From Gordius albopunctatus (taxonomy: Eukaryota), in NCBI GenBank assembly GCA_964276515.1, contig OZ193909.1:12524001-12588000 (forward strand): DNA of 64,000 nt. Reading direction: 5' to 3'. Positions within the stretch are counted from its first letter, which is position 1; each line of letters begins with the position of its first letter. This document shows positions 1-10,649 of the stretch, one piece after another. A program made the position numbers and the translations under genes. The notes under the pieces are model-generated. The model saw only the letters and a list, made by a program, of their open reading frames with translations. It was not told the origin of the DNA and did not search any database.

Positions 1-272
1 GATTCGGGCGATTCGGGCTCAATTTTGTTTTTAAATAATGTATTATATTGTTTTTGTGTATATTTCGCCACTTTTTAATTGATTTCATAATGATAAAATT
101 TTTAAAAAATATAACGATATTAGTGGCAAAAATTTTGAAACACACCATGTCGGTCCGGGCAGCTCCGATAATTCAGTCATTGCCGGGCGGACAAAGAAGG
201 GTTTGGCCGGGCAGATTAATTATAAAATCGGGCCGGGTTCGGGCAGAAAAATTCTAACAAATCTGACCTCTG
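1..272. mobile_element. Right end of a non-autonomous DNA transposon (MITE) with GGGCCGGG-type subterminal repeats, cut by the window edge
   Basis: Clustered CGGGC/GGCCGGG motifs ending in TCTGACCTCTG, resembling the terminus and subterminal motifs of the element at 25409-25781. Confidence 0.5.
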
Positions 273-1029
273 ATACCTACACGATTTTTCTTTCCACGTT
301 TTGATTATTTCCTCTCTAATTTTCTGAGGTGACGAGTTTTCGTTTTTACAAAGAAACGCTCCTTCTTTCTCCCTACTGTGCATGTAACTTTCTACTTATT
401 ACGTAAGATTAACATTGCAACTCTTGAAGCTTAATTCGTATTTTTCCTATTTAGGTAGTTTTTGTCAAAAGTCTTGATTTTCTGTGGCTTAGGCAGAATT
501 GCCTAGGGGGGGTCAATTTTTTTTTGAGAAATAACTATTTAAGAATAAGTTATGGAGATTATATAAATCAGTTGCGGATTGCCCAAAGGTCGGGGGCACG
601 GTTAATTTTATGTCTCAGAAATTTCTATTATACAAAAATTAATTAAAATCTTATTGCATTCATTGCTATGGGATTTTAATAAAAAATGCATTAATATATT
701 CATTTGGTTGTACTCAGAAAAAGCATTGATAATTAATTTAAATTTTGTGACCCGATTCCTTCTATAGTTTTCTCTCAAGGACGCAATTTGCAAAGTGCTC
801 CTTTCAGTTTCTCTTGAATATTCCAATATGCATAGACTTATTAGGCTTGATTGACTATAATACTAAAATTTAAACCCGCGTCGGTTCCGTGAAGATTAAA
901 TTATAGGTCCAGACCCCACCCGCTAATTTTTTGCAAAGCCCGGGCCCAGCCTGTACCTTTACGAAAAATGTTCTTTGATTTTGCTGCTTTTAAAATGCAT
1001 ATTTTCTTTGTCAATAATTTCTTTATTTA

Positions 1030-2538
1030 TATTCTTCTTTCTATGACTGTTTGTCACCTAAGCTGGTGGTCAGTCCTTTCAGCATTCGTTTCCATTTGTC
1101 TCTATATTTAATACATAGATCTTTCTTTATCTTGTTAACTTTCATATCGTGCCTTATTTTATGGATCCAGGTAAGCTTGGGTCTTCCTCTCCTTCGTTTT
1201 CCTGCGAAATTTATCTTTTAGATTTTATTTCCAACTAGCTATCGTCCCTTCTCTCGACATGGCCATACCATCTTAGTCTGTTTGTTAGGAGCTTTGCCGT
1301 AATTGATGTAATACCCAAAATTCTTATTTCTTCATTTCGTTTATGTTCCTTCTTACTCCTAACACCCATCTTACAATTCTCATCTCCATAGACGCAAGAC
1401 GCTGCTCTTCCCTTTTACGTATATCTCATTATTCCGAGCTATACAGGACTGTTTACTGTATGATGGATTTATACAATTCACCTTTTAGTCTTCTTGGGAT
1501 GTTTTTGTCACACAGAACGCCTGTTAAATCTTTCCATTTGAGCCATCCTGAATTAATCCCTGCTTGGATTTCTTTATCCATCTGACCATCCGATTGAAGT
1601 GTTGATCTTAAATATTTGAAGGAATCCACTCTTGTAAGTTGCCAATCGCCTAAAGTAAGGGATGCACATAGCTGATTTTCATCTAATTTAATCTTTCTCT
1701 GTAATCTGTTTTCTTTCGATTTACCCTGAGACCACTTTCTTCTATAGAATTTACATTTACCCATCTATTTACAGTATTAGCCAACTCTTGTTCACTTTTG
1801 GCACAGAGGATTATATTGTCCTCAAACATCATTGCCCAAGGAGCTTCCTCGCCCAAATCCTTGGTAATAATATCCATTATCATTATGAATAGGAACTAAG
1901 ACCTGAACCTTGATGGACTACAGTGTTAATGGTAAAGCCCTTTGTAGTCCCCTCCGTTGTTCTAACGTAGGTTCTATTTCCCTTGTACATATCTTTTATT
2001 GCTATGACGTATAATTCTGGCACATTGTTTTCTTTCGACATTTCCACACTAAAGTACGAGTAACTTTATCAAACGCTTTTTCTATTAGATCGATGAAACA
2101 CATGTGCAAATCCTTCTCCCTTTCTCTAAATCGTTCCAATAACCTTCTAACACCATTTAGGGCGTCTGCTGTAGACCTCTCCGGCATAAATCCGAATTGG
2201 TTATCTTGAATTTGAACTAAACTCCGAAGCCCTTTTTCGATCACTTTTTCCCACACCTTGAAAGTGTGACCCATATGCTTTATCCCTCTGTAATTGTTAC
2301 AATCCTGAATTTCTCCTTTTATATTATATATATCGGTATCATGTAACTTTCCCTCCACTCGTTACGCATTTTACCCATTTTCAAGATATTGTTGGTGCAC
2401 CAGTATTGTCTAGTCTGGTCCAAGAGCTTTTTCTGCTTTTAGTTTACCCATGGGAACTTTGATCTCCGTTCCCGTGATCCAGTTCCAGTCCGCTGTCTTT
2501 AATTCTCCTATTGTATTTTCCTGATTAATGTCTTCGAC
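1030..2538 (-). pseudogene. Degenerate RTE-clade LINE reverse transcriptase region and 3' end (family B)
   Basis: Broken ORFs with KALGPD, DCNNYRGIK, QFGFMPERST, FIDL(I)EKAFDKV, APWAMMFEDNIILC (decayed YADD), FKYL; GAA-type tail near 1030-1042; several frameshifts. Confidence 0.9.
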
Positions 2539-3824
2539 GTACTCTTGATAATCCTCCGACTTTTTTGATTTATGCCACCGTCTATATAGATTTTTCTTTA
2601 TTTCGATGAAATCTTTAACCGCTTGATCCCACCACCATAGTTCCCTATTCATAGCTTTGCCTCCTTTGGTCTGTCCTAGAACACGAATCGCTGTAATGTC
2701 CTTAGATAGCGTCTCCCAATCTTCGTCTACGTCCCTTTGCAACTTCCTTGCACCCAAGAGTGAGGAGGCTTTTTGATGGTATTCTTCGTTCGTCGACGTA
2801 TTCTTTAGCCTTTCGTATCGAATTCGAGGTTCATATACCTTTCTTCTTTCGGGAAATACTCTTCTGTCAAGATCCATAACAAGGGGACGATGTTGCCTGG
2901 CGATTTCTTTTCCCGGTATTACTTTGCAATCCTTGATACTCCATAAGTCCTTTCGCCGTATAAGCAAATAGTCGATTTGACTAAAATGCTTGCCACTTCT
3001 ATAGGTCACAATATGATCTTCGCGCTTTTGAAAATAGGTGTTAACGATCGCCATGTTATATGCTTAGGATACTTGGAGAAGTTTTTCCCCTTCTTTGTTC
3101 TTCAGACCATGCCCATAGCCTTCATGATTGCGTTCATACCCGAGGCGATCTTTCCCAATGTGAGCGTTGAAATCTGCCCCAATAATTAGCCTTTCTTCCT
3201 GTCCTATTCCTTGTATTTCCTTTTCCAATGAATCGAAGAATATGTCTTTCTCTGATTACAAACATCCAATTTGGGGGGCATACGCGCACATAACGGTTAG
3301 GAGGCCCCCTTGATCTGCAATCTTCACCCACATTAGTCTGTCGGAACAACGCTTTACTTCCACCACCTTGTCCTTGAACGATTCACTTAGAACGATACCG
3401 ACCCCGTTTCTACGATTTGATGACCCACTGTAGAAAAGCTTGTATCCTTCTCCTAATTCCCGAGCTTTCGTTCCGTTCCACCTCGTCTCTTGTGTACCTT
3501 TCTTCTTTTTAGCATCTGTGCGACTTCGATGCTCTTCCCCGTCAACGTTCCCACATTCCAGCACGTAATTCGCATTCTTTCCACAACTAGTTTCCTTAAC
3601 CGCCTTCGTTGTGAGTTGGGTAGTAACCCTAGTGTATTTTTCACATTGCACGGGCGGGGTATGCAGTGCGCGTCGTTTGTGGATGACGCCCTAGTCTTTT
3701 CTTGTAAAATCCTGTTAGAAACTATCATAGTTTTGGAGTTAATTTTTATAGCCGGTTTCCGACCTGAAGCCAACCCTCCACTTTTTGCACATGGACTTGG
3801 GACCGTCGTAGGTAGGGTTTTGCA
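2539..3824 (-). mobile_element. 5' half (UTR + AP endonuclease) of RTE LINE family A, frameshifted
   Basis: WNVGTL, QETRW, GVGIVL, AYAPQ, GADFN, SQIDYLL motifs; near-identical to 12925-14130; homology stops abruptly at 2539. Confidence 0.92.
3769..3824 (-). ncRNA. Degenerate twister ribozyme-like motif in the RTE 5' UTR
   Basis: Minus strand AA-CCCT-ACC-TAC-GACG-GTCCCAAG-TCCATGTGC-AAAA-AGTG-GAGGG-TTGGC aligns with the rice twister as I recall it (UAA-CACU-GCC-AAU-GCCG-GUCCCAAGC-CCGG-AUAAA-AGUG-GAGGG). Confidence 0.7.
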
Positions 3825-4368
3825 TGTACTTATACTTTATAATATATTTTTTTTTTGTTAGTTTTTGACTTCCATATTAATTGTGAGTGACAATTCAAGA
3901 GTAACATATAATTATAAGATATTTTTCAAACCATTTCTATGATTACTCCAAAATTTTATTATTAATATAATGTAAATAAAAACAAACATAGAAAACACAT
4001 CTCTAACCAGGTTTAACATATTTATTTGTAGTCACTGACATGTTAGGCCACCATTTTCTAAATGAGGATACATTTGTCCTTTTCAGATAAATTAATCATT
4101 GTGCAAATAATACCCATATGATTTCCAAGACTTTTCACCTAAGAATCTAAAGGTCCATCATGGTAGGTAAGATCTTTAAACATTTTTTTGTAACAACACA
4201 AAATGTAGATGGAATAAAATGACCTATGTAAAGAATTTAGTGTGATGTTTTAATTTAAAATAAATAAGCTTACTAGATTAAAAAATTTGTAACAACTCAA
4301 AATACAAATGTAGATGGAATAAATTGACCTATGAAAAGAATATAGTAAGATCTTTAATAAAAGAGAAA

Positions 4369-5163
4369 TCTTATATATAAAAATGAAACTATGTATGTAT
4401 GTTTGTATGTGTGCCGCACACAAATTTTGGAGAACTACCAGACCTATTTGGCTCAAAATTTCACAGTTTATTCCTCACACTCCGGAGCATGTTTTAAGAT
4501 ATGTGCGAGCCAAATCGGTCTAGTAGTTTTTGAGGGGTTAGGTTTTTTGGTTTTATACGTTGTTTTATACGTTTTGGCACTTAATAAAGACGTCATATGA
4601 CGTCTTACAGGATACTGTAAAATGCGGCGGAAACTTGTTACCCGCTTTGAAACATTAAATATCAAAGTCATTTCTTTTTGCTTATTTTTCACGTCAATTA
4701 TTATTATTATATGACGGTCGTGTCCCCTCCTGCGTGGCTAAATAAATTAAAAAATCTAATTTTGTCATTTTTTGCGCGTTAAATAAGGAGAAAAATGAAA
4801 ATACTTTTAACAAAGTGCCAATAAATGTTGATATATCTCAGTTCTTCGGACATTATTAAGTTCAGAATTAAAAGTTTTATTCAGAAACAAATAATTATAA
4901 TTATGATATTGTTTCTTAATTACAAAAGAATATAAAAAAAATTGCTGAACGAACAGGGGGCCAAAGAATTTTCCCTTGGGGGGGGGGGCATGGGACCAGG
5001 TTTATGGGCCTGGGCCTTGGACACCCTTTAACTATTTGTTTAAAAATTATCAAACTTTATTTTTACTTCAATAACCACTTTATCATCATATATGCCCTAA
5101 AATTCCATCATAATTTAATACACCCGGGTAAATGGCAAAACAACGTTTGCCGGGTTCATCTAG
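4369..5163 (+). mobile_element. Non-autonomous Helitron (family A)
   Basis: A|TCTTATATATAAAA 5' end, GGCAAA...TTTGCC hairpin and CTAG|T 3' end, no TSD; related copies at 18672-19169, 62575-62892 and a fragment at ~12295-12400. Confidence 0.85.
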
Positions 5164-5289
5164 TAAACTTATAAGAATGAAAAGTAAGGCAAAATGTAGA
5201 TGGAATAAATTCTGTATATATTCTGATATTAATACAAATATTCACCTACATAAAGATTTTAGATAATTTATATATATTACGTATGGAGA

Positions 5290-5424
5290 TTGGAATGTAT
5301 GGAGAATGGAATATCAAAATCCTATGTTGAGATTTATAATGGCCTTAGTGACAACGCAGCGAGCGAAATCGCTGCTGTTGACCTGATGATAAGGTACATT
5401 AAAAATAGAAATAACGAAATATAC
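5290..5424 (+). pseudogene. hAT transposase remnant, left part (interrupted by the LTR element)
   Basis: SDNAAS motif; joins in frame to 12006 when the LTR element and one TSD are removed (...NEIY-HHRCACHIMNLVVK). Confidence 0.75.
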
Positions 5425-6132
5425 TTTTACATCCTTCACCCAAAGGGGAATATGTATTTGTTCTTTGCTGGGAGATTATTTATTTGTACGAGATTATTCA
5501 CCAAATCTATGATACTCTAATGCTAATTTATTCACTCCAAAAATGATAATACAACTCCGGAAACGGGATATAATTGAAGTATTCTGCAATAAGTGTTAAC
5601 ACCACAATAATAGCGCGGGAATATAATTTCTAGCGATTACAGGGGGGGGGGGGGGGAATTGGGTTTACAATGGAGAAATTTTCATTCTACGGGATGAAAT
5701 CCTATTTCTCTGTTTTTCTCTGTACTATCGATTTTGCTGGGACTTATATAGGTTTCTTTTCTTGGCCTGTGCCTTTATCCTTGAAACTTCTTTTCTTTTT
5801 GACCCATTTTACCGCGCCAATTTCGTGATGAATGGCCCTTCACTTCCAAGGCTTTTCCACGTCCTTTGGAATACTCAGCTGACAGTTCTAGGTTTTCCCT
5901 ACCTTTCTTATGCCAATTCAATATTTATTACCAGGTTATGTCGTACCCTTGCTTTTCCTTCTGCTACTTCTTTCAGGCCAAGTCTTAATTTATAGCTGTA
6001 TCCTTGTACTATTTAACTACCAACCCAAATTTCGGTAACCTTCCCTTTCCCTTCGTTTATTTTTCATCTTATCACGTGCTCATGCCTTATAAGGGCTGGT
6101 TCCCTTTTTAATATTTTCTCATGGATATGACA
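5425..6132 (-). repeat. 3' LTR (708 bp)
   Basis: Direct repeat of 11293-12000; starts TGTCA on the minus strand right after the PPT. Confidence 0.97.
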
Positions 6133-6327
6133 CCTCCCTTTTCTTCGGGGATCACGTCTCGGGGGGGGCCTTCTGGTTGAGTGTTCACGGTGGTTGGATA
6201 GGTGGGTGGAACAGGTGGTTGGGTCAAGTGGTTGGGATCTTCCAATTTCGGTCGTTCGTTTTCTGGTCCTTGTTTCAGGTTTCCTGTTGATATTTTGTTC
6301 CTTTCGATGGTCATCGTAGTACGTCAC
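6064..6327 (-). CDS. Putative spliced accessory ORF4 (Arg/Pro-rich, 87 aa) running into the 3' LTR
   Basis: Open frame begins right after the acceptor-like TTTTATAATAG; no in-frame ATG; no recognised homology. Confidence 0.35.
   Translation of the reverse strand: MTYYDDHRKEQNINRKPETRTRKRTTEIGRSQPLDPTTCSTHLSNHREHSTRRPPPRRDPRRKGRCHIHEKILKREPALIRHEHVIR
6133..6146 (-). other. Polypurine tract
   Basis: GAAGAAAAGGGAGG immediately before the 3' LTR. Confidence 0.9.
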
Positions 6328-6575
6328 CTATTATAAAATATAAATGCTGCCCGATCCCTAATACAGGATCAGTAGCCATATTCACCTCTACATCAACACC
6401 CTCCTACGTTATCACAACTTTTATTTCCAATCAACACACCAAATTTTCATATTGATATATGGGGAATAATTCTATAAATGACACAGCACACAGGGGATAA
6501 TTTATATCAATAACAGGTCAATCGGGTACATAAATTATATACATCATAGGGCCATTGTCCCTCAAGAGTGGCTTT

Positions 6576-6923
6576 TCACTCCTTCCCTTCTTCCAGTTTG
6601 AAACTCTTTAACCTTTCTCCAATTTCTTCCCAAACGTTTGTTGGGGGTCTAGCGTTCGTCTGGGTTTCTACATCCGTCTGGGTCCCTACACTTTTAAAGT
6701 TGTCTTTCTTCTTCGCCTTCTCCACCTTTTCCCTCGTCCATTTCTTCTTAATCCCTCTCGTGGTACACTTTCTTCCCCTGCTCCTCCAGGGACACGTCTG
6801 CCAGCGATGAGTTCCTCGTTCATCACATATATAACAAATTATTCCTTCTACCTGCACTTCCGACCCATAGTAACACTGCCACGTTCTATGGCTGTCATAC
6901 TGCCAGCACACCTTACATTGGAG
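6576..6923 (-). CDS. Post-integrase ORF3 with two CX2CX5HX4C zinc knuckles and a basic region; probably a spliced exon
   Basis: CKVCWQYDSHRTWQC and CYICDERGTHRWQTC; preceded by TATTTTATTACAG; no ATG. Confidence 0.7.
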   Translation of the reverse strand, partial: LQCKVCWQYDSHRTWQCYYGSEVQVEGIICYICDERGTHRWQTCPWRSRGRKCTTRGIKKKWTREKVEKAKKKDNFKSVGTQTDVETQTNARPPTNVWEEIGERLKSFKLEEGKE

Positions 6924-6950
6924 CTGTAATAAAATAGATTTCCTTAGTCC

Positions 6951-8177
6951 CTACTGGTCTCGTCGCCGTAACTGGTCAATATGCCTCCAAAATTCCTTAC
7001 CGTCTTCTATCGTCACTCGACACCTTACCCCTCCTTCTACGGCGATCACTAACCCCTTTACCCACTTACTCGGACCTTGATACATTTTAACCCAAATCGT
7101 ATCCCCTAATTTAAAGCGGGCTGCCCTCCCTAAATAACTCCCTCCCTCTACCCTTCTCAACTCGTCTAGCCATACCCTCCCTCGTCGTCCCAAGAATCTC
7201 GATGACGGGGACTGGCCATCTCCTCCCTTCGCGTTATTATACATTAACTTCATCTGCCACTGCTCGGATGTCCCCCTTTTCTCCTTAAGAATCCACCCTT
7301 TAACTACTCCCACCATTCTTTCCACCTGCCCGTTGGAACTGGGATGATAGGGTGGGGTGATAATATGTTCTATCCCTTGACTTCCACAAAATTCTTTAAA
7401 CTTTACGCTACTAAATGCTGGACCTCCGTCGGACACTATCAGTTTTGGTAATCCATATCGCGCCAATAGTCCTTTCAATATCCTTATTACAATCCGGGTC
7501 GAACTTCCATTAACCTTTTCGTACTCTACCCATTTAGTACCGGCGTCCACCGCTATAAAATATACCTGCCCTAGACACTCGAAAAAATCTAGATGCACCC
7601 TATCCCACGGATTTTGTGCCCTGGCCCATTGGCTACCTTTAATTTTGGGTGGCATCGCGGCTATGCTATTGCATGCCTCACATTGCCTGCAGAGATATTC
7701 GCTATCCTTTCTGATACCGGGCCACCAGATATATTCTCGCGCCCATCTCTTCATCTTTACCATACCCTGATGTCCTTTATGTAACTCATTTAACACCTCC
7801 TTCCTTAACACATCGGGGATGATTATCTGTAGACCTTTCATAATACATCCATCCACTATGCTTAATTGCCTTTTGATTTTTTGGTACTTTCTCAGGGCGA
7901 GGGGCCACTCGGCTTCTCCTCGAATACACTGGCCTAATTTCTTTAGTTCGACATCCCTCTCCGTTGCTTCCTTGACATCCATCCAGGAGATTGGTCCTCC
8001 GTCCGATATTCTTAAAATGTATGGTGCATCATTGTTATTATAGTTTTCTTCTATTGCTCCGCTGCTTCCTTCTTTATCGTCTTCCTGTTTTTGAGGGCCC
8101 ATTCGTGATAAAGTATCTGCGATATAATTATCCTGGCCTCTTCTATATTTTATTTCCACTTCAAATGCTCCTACCAT
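6951..8177 (-). CDS. RNase H C-terminal remnant + integrase of the LTR element
   Basis: IKYRRGQDNYIADTLSR; H-H-C-C finger (LHKGHQG...CEAC); DDE core (RVHLDF, VSDGG, GQVERMV). Confidence 0.95.
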   Translation of the reverse strand: MVGAFEVEIKYRRGQDNYIADTLSRMGPQKQEDDKEGSSGAIEENYNNNDAPYILRISDGGPISWMDVKEATERDVELKKLGQCIRGEAEWPLALRKYQKIKRQLSIVDGCIMKGLQIIIPDVLRKEVLNELHKGHQGMVKMKRWAREYIWWPGIRKDSEYLCRQCEACNSIAAMPPKIKGSQWARAQNPWDRVHLDFFECLGQVYFIAVDAGTKWVEYEKVNGSSTRIVIRILKGLLARYGLPKLIVSDGGPAFSSVKFKEFCGSQGIEHIITPPYHPSSNGQVERMVGVVKGWILKEKRGTSEQWQMKLMYNNAKGGDGQSPSSRFLGRRGRVWLDELRRVEGGSYLGRAARFKLGDTIWVKMYQGPSKWVKGLVIAVEGGVRCRVTIEDGKEFWRHIDQLRRRDQ

Positions 8178-8190
8178 TACGAGCCATCTC

Positions 8191-10287
8191 TTAGTAATTT
8201 ATCAATCCCAAAAAGGATTGCAGTTCTTTTTTGGAAGCTGGTGCACGAAGGTTACTTACTGCCGCGATCTTACTCTCTATGGGCCTAATGGTACCATTTT
8301 CGATAATATGCCCCAAATATTCGACTGTATTTACATCAAAAATACACTTTTCTTTGGACACTCTTAATCCATTGTCATCAATAATTTGTAAAACTTGTCG
8401 TAATTTATAATCATGTTCCGCTTGTGTTTTTCCTGCCACTAATAGATCATCTATATAATAGAAGACACCTTCTATTCCTCGAAATAATGAATTCATGGCC
8501 ATCTGAAAGATTGGAGCCGAAATACTTAATCCAAAAGGTAATCTCAAAAACTTAAATAGACCTAAATGTGTGTTTATTGCTAGGGCTTGACTCATCTCTT
8601 TTGATACCTTCAATTGTAGGTAAGCCGTTACAAAATCTAATTTTGAGAAGTGTTTACATCCATTCAACTCCACCAAAATCTCCTCTAAACGCGGCAATGG
8701 AAATTTTAGACTCTCAATACAAGGATTTAGAGTGATACGAAAGTCTGCACACAATCTCAACTTACCATTAGCCTTCCTTACCGGTACTAGGGGCGTTGCC
8801 CAATAACTAAAGGATACCGGTTTGGTTATTCCTTCTTTAACCCACTTGTTTAACTCCTCCTCTATTTCACCGCGCCATTCATAAGGTACTCTTCGAGCTG
8901 AACAAAATTTCGGGGTTACTCCCGGTTTTAATTTCATCGTGGCCTCATAATTTTTCAAACATCCCAACTCTTTATTGAAAATTCTTGAAAACTCTGCACG
9001 AATCTCCTCAAATTTCGCGCCTGTACTCTCTTGCAACCTTAACTCCATGTTTATTAAATCACTACCCGAGGTCGGCTCAGTTCTTATTTTATTCAACCAG
9101 TCCACCTCAAAGTTTTGAATCCAGTCCCATCCTAAAATATTATTAACCCTTAGGTCCGATATATATAATATTAGATTTTTAACAACTCTATTTACGGTTA
9201 TACGCACGTCGCACTGTCCTATTAATTTTATATTGTCATTATTAAATAGCCTAACTTCCAATTTTGACTCTTTAAATAATCCACCGTTACAAATTCTAAA
9301 CCAATCATCTCTATTCACTACAGTTATGGATGAACCGGTGTCAAATATAAAATTAAGTTGAATTTTGTTACAGAATATTTTTACGCGGGGAACTGGGTTA
9401 TTTTTAATTTCCAGCATATTTATGGTAGGAATTTGCATTACTTCCTTTTTTATCGATTTTTGTTTGATAAAATTCCCTACAAGATCATGATTACGCGGCA
9501 ATGTTACGTTAAACACTTCCCAATTTCTTTTAATGGGTATTAAAGTTAATTTACATTGAGGATAGATAACAGGGGTGGTTTTTGTTGTTGTAAACTCGTT
9601 CAATTTTCCATAGTCATACCAATACTCGTAAGTTAAAAATAAAAATCTTCGACACATATACTTGTAAAAATTACTCGTGTTGACCTTATCAATTTGCTCG
9701 CTACCCTTCCAAGGATTTAAATAAAGGTTCATTTTACTTTTGTTATATTTATTTATTTCCGTTATATTATTTCTTCCCTTCCCTATTTTATTTTGATACT
9801 GGGTTTTGCTTTTTGGTACTTTAAAAACGGTAGATTGCATAAATGATTCCAGATTTAAACGGTCGTAAGTATATTCGCCCAAAACACAAAAATTGGTATT
9901 TCCTAACCAATAAAATTTATTCCAGATTTCAAATCGCCAACACGCCCGTGAGTACGATTTAATTATATACGTTGGTGGAGTATTAGGAATTTCGAATGGC
10001 TTAACCACGATTTCTCGGATCTCCTTTCCAATCGACCTATTCCCAAGATTTTTTATCTTTCGACAAACCATCTCTTTATACTCACCCAAAATATATGAAA
10101 AATACCCTTTTTGAGTATCTTTATAAAATATACAATTATTTTGTATATTAGAAGTGTTTTCAGAAGAATAATATTTGTCCCGTTTAAGTGTGTTATGCCT
10201 CCCATGTATTTTCAAAGTACCAAACTGCACTATATTTATCATAATTTTAATAAAAAGTTGCAAACCCCAAAATAATTTGTTCAACAT
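8191..10287 (-). CDS. Unknown N-terminal domain + aspartic protease + reverse transcriptase
   Basis: FIFDTGSS protease motif; WATPLVPV, LRLCADFR, SKLDF, RLPFGLS, YYIDDLLV; ends at SFLGLINY-stop where RNase H should follow. Confidence 0.95.
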   Translation of the reverse strand: MLNKLFWGLQLFIKIMINIVQFGTLKIHGRHNTLKRDKYYSSENTSNIQNNCIFYKDTQKGYFSYILGEYKEMVCRKIKNLGNRSIGKEIREIVVKPFEIPNTPPTYIIKSYSRACWRFEIWNKFYWLGNTNFCVLGEYTYDRLNLESFMQSTVFKVPKSKTQYQNKIGKGRNNITEINKYNKSKMNLYLNPWKGSEQIDKVNTSNFYKYMCRRFLFLTYEYWYDYGKLNEFTTTKTTPVIYPQCKLTLIPIKRNWEVFNVTLPRNHDLVGNFIKQKSIKKEVMQIPTINMLEIKNNPVPRVKIFCNKIQLNFIFDTGSSITVVNRDDWFRICNGGLFKESKLEVRLFNNDNIKLIGQCDVRITVNRVVKNLILYISDLRVNNILGWDWIQNFEVDWLNKIRTEPTSGSDLINMELRLQESTGAKFEEIRAEFSRIFNKELGCLKNYEATMKLKPGVTPKFCSARRVPYEWRGEIEEELNKWVKEGITKPVSFSYWATPLVPVRKANGKLRLCADFRITLNPCIESLKFPLPRLEEILVELNGCKHFSKLDFVTAYLQLKVSKEMSQALAINTHLGLFKFLRLPFGLSISAPIFQMAMNSLFRGIEGVFYYIDDLLVAGKTQAEHDYKLRQVLQIIDDNGLRVSKEKCIFDVNTVEYLGHIIENGTIRPIESKIAAVSNLRAPASKKELQSFLGLINY

Positions 10288-10649
10288 GTTAAAATTTCTA
10301 TTAATCCTTTATTAATTTTTTACTATGACCCTTTTACTTTAAATTCTTCATGCTAATGATACCTTTTATTATTATTTTTTTTTTGATCAAAATCAAAGTT
10401 CAACACTAGTAGTCAAAAAATTTTATTTATACATATCAATATTAATATATTTTATGCAAATTGAACCATAAACATATTATGCACTAAAATCAATAAAATT
10501 TATTATAAAAATTGATATTTTATATTATATAACGAATTCGACATAGCAAGCGCGGGGGGGGGGGGTTACGAACATTATGGGGAAGGTGCTAACATTATTT
10601 TTTATATTATTAGTAATTGCACATTATTATTAAAATAAAATATAAGTTC

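Noticed and set aside
4130..4365. Degenerate ~105-bp repeats (AAATGTAGATGGAATAAA) recurring at ~5193
   Set aside because: Real but low-copy and decayed; best read as an old tandem repeat split by the Helitron
5642..5656. Poly-G runs here and at many other sites as G-quadruplex signals
   Set aside because: They are common across the window, mostly inside repeats, and homopolymer lengths are error-prone
5762..5995. 77-aa ORF duplicated at 11630-11863
   Set aside because: It lies antisense inside the LTRs with a TTG start; the duplication just reflects LTR identity
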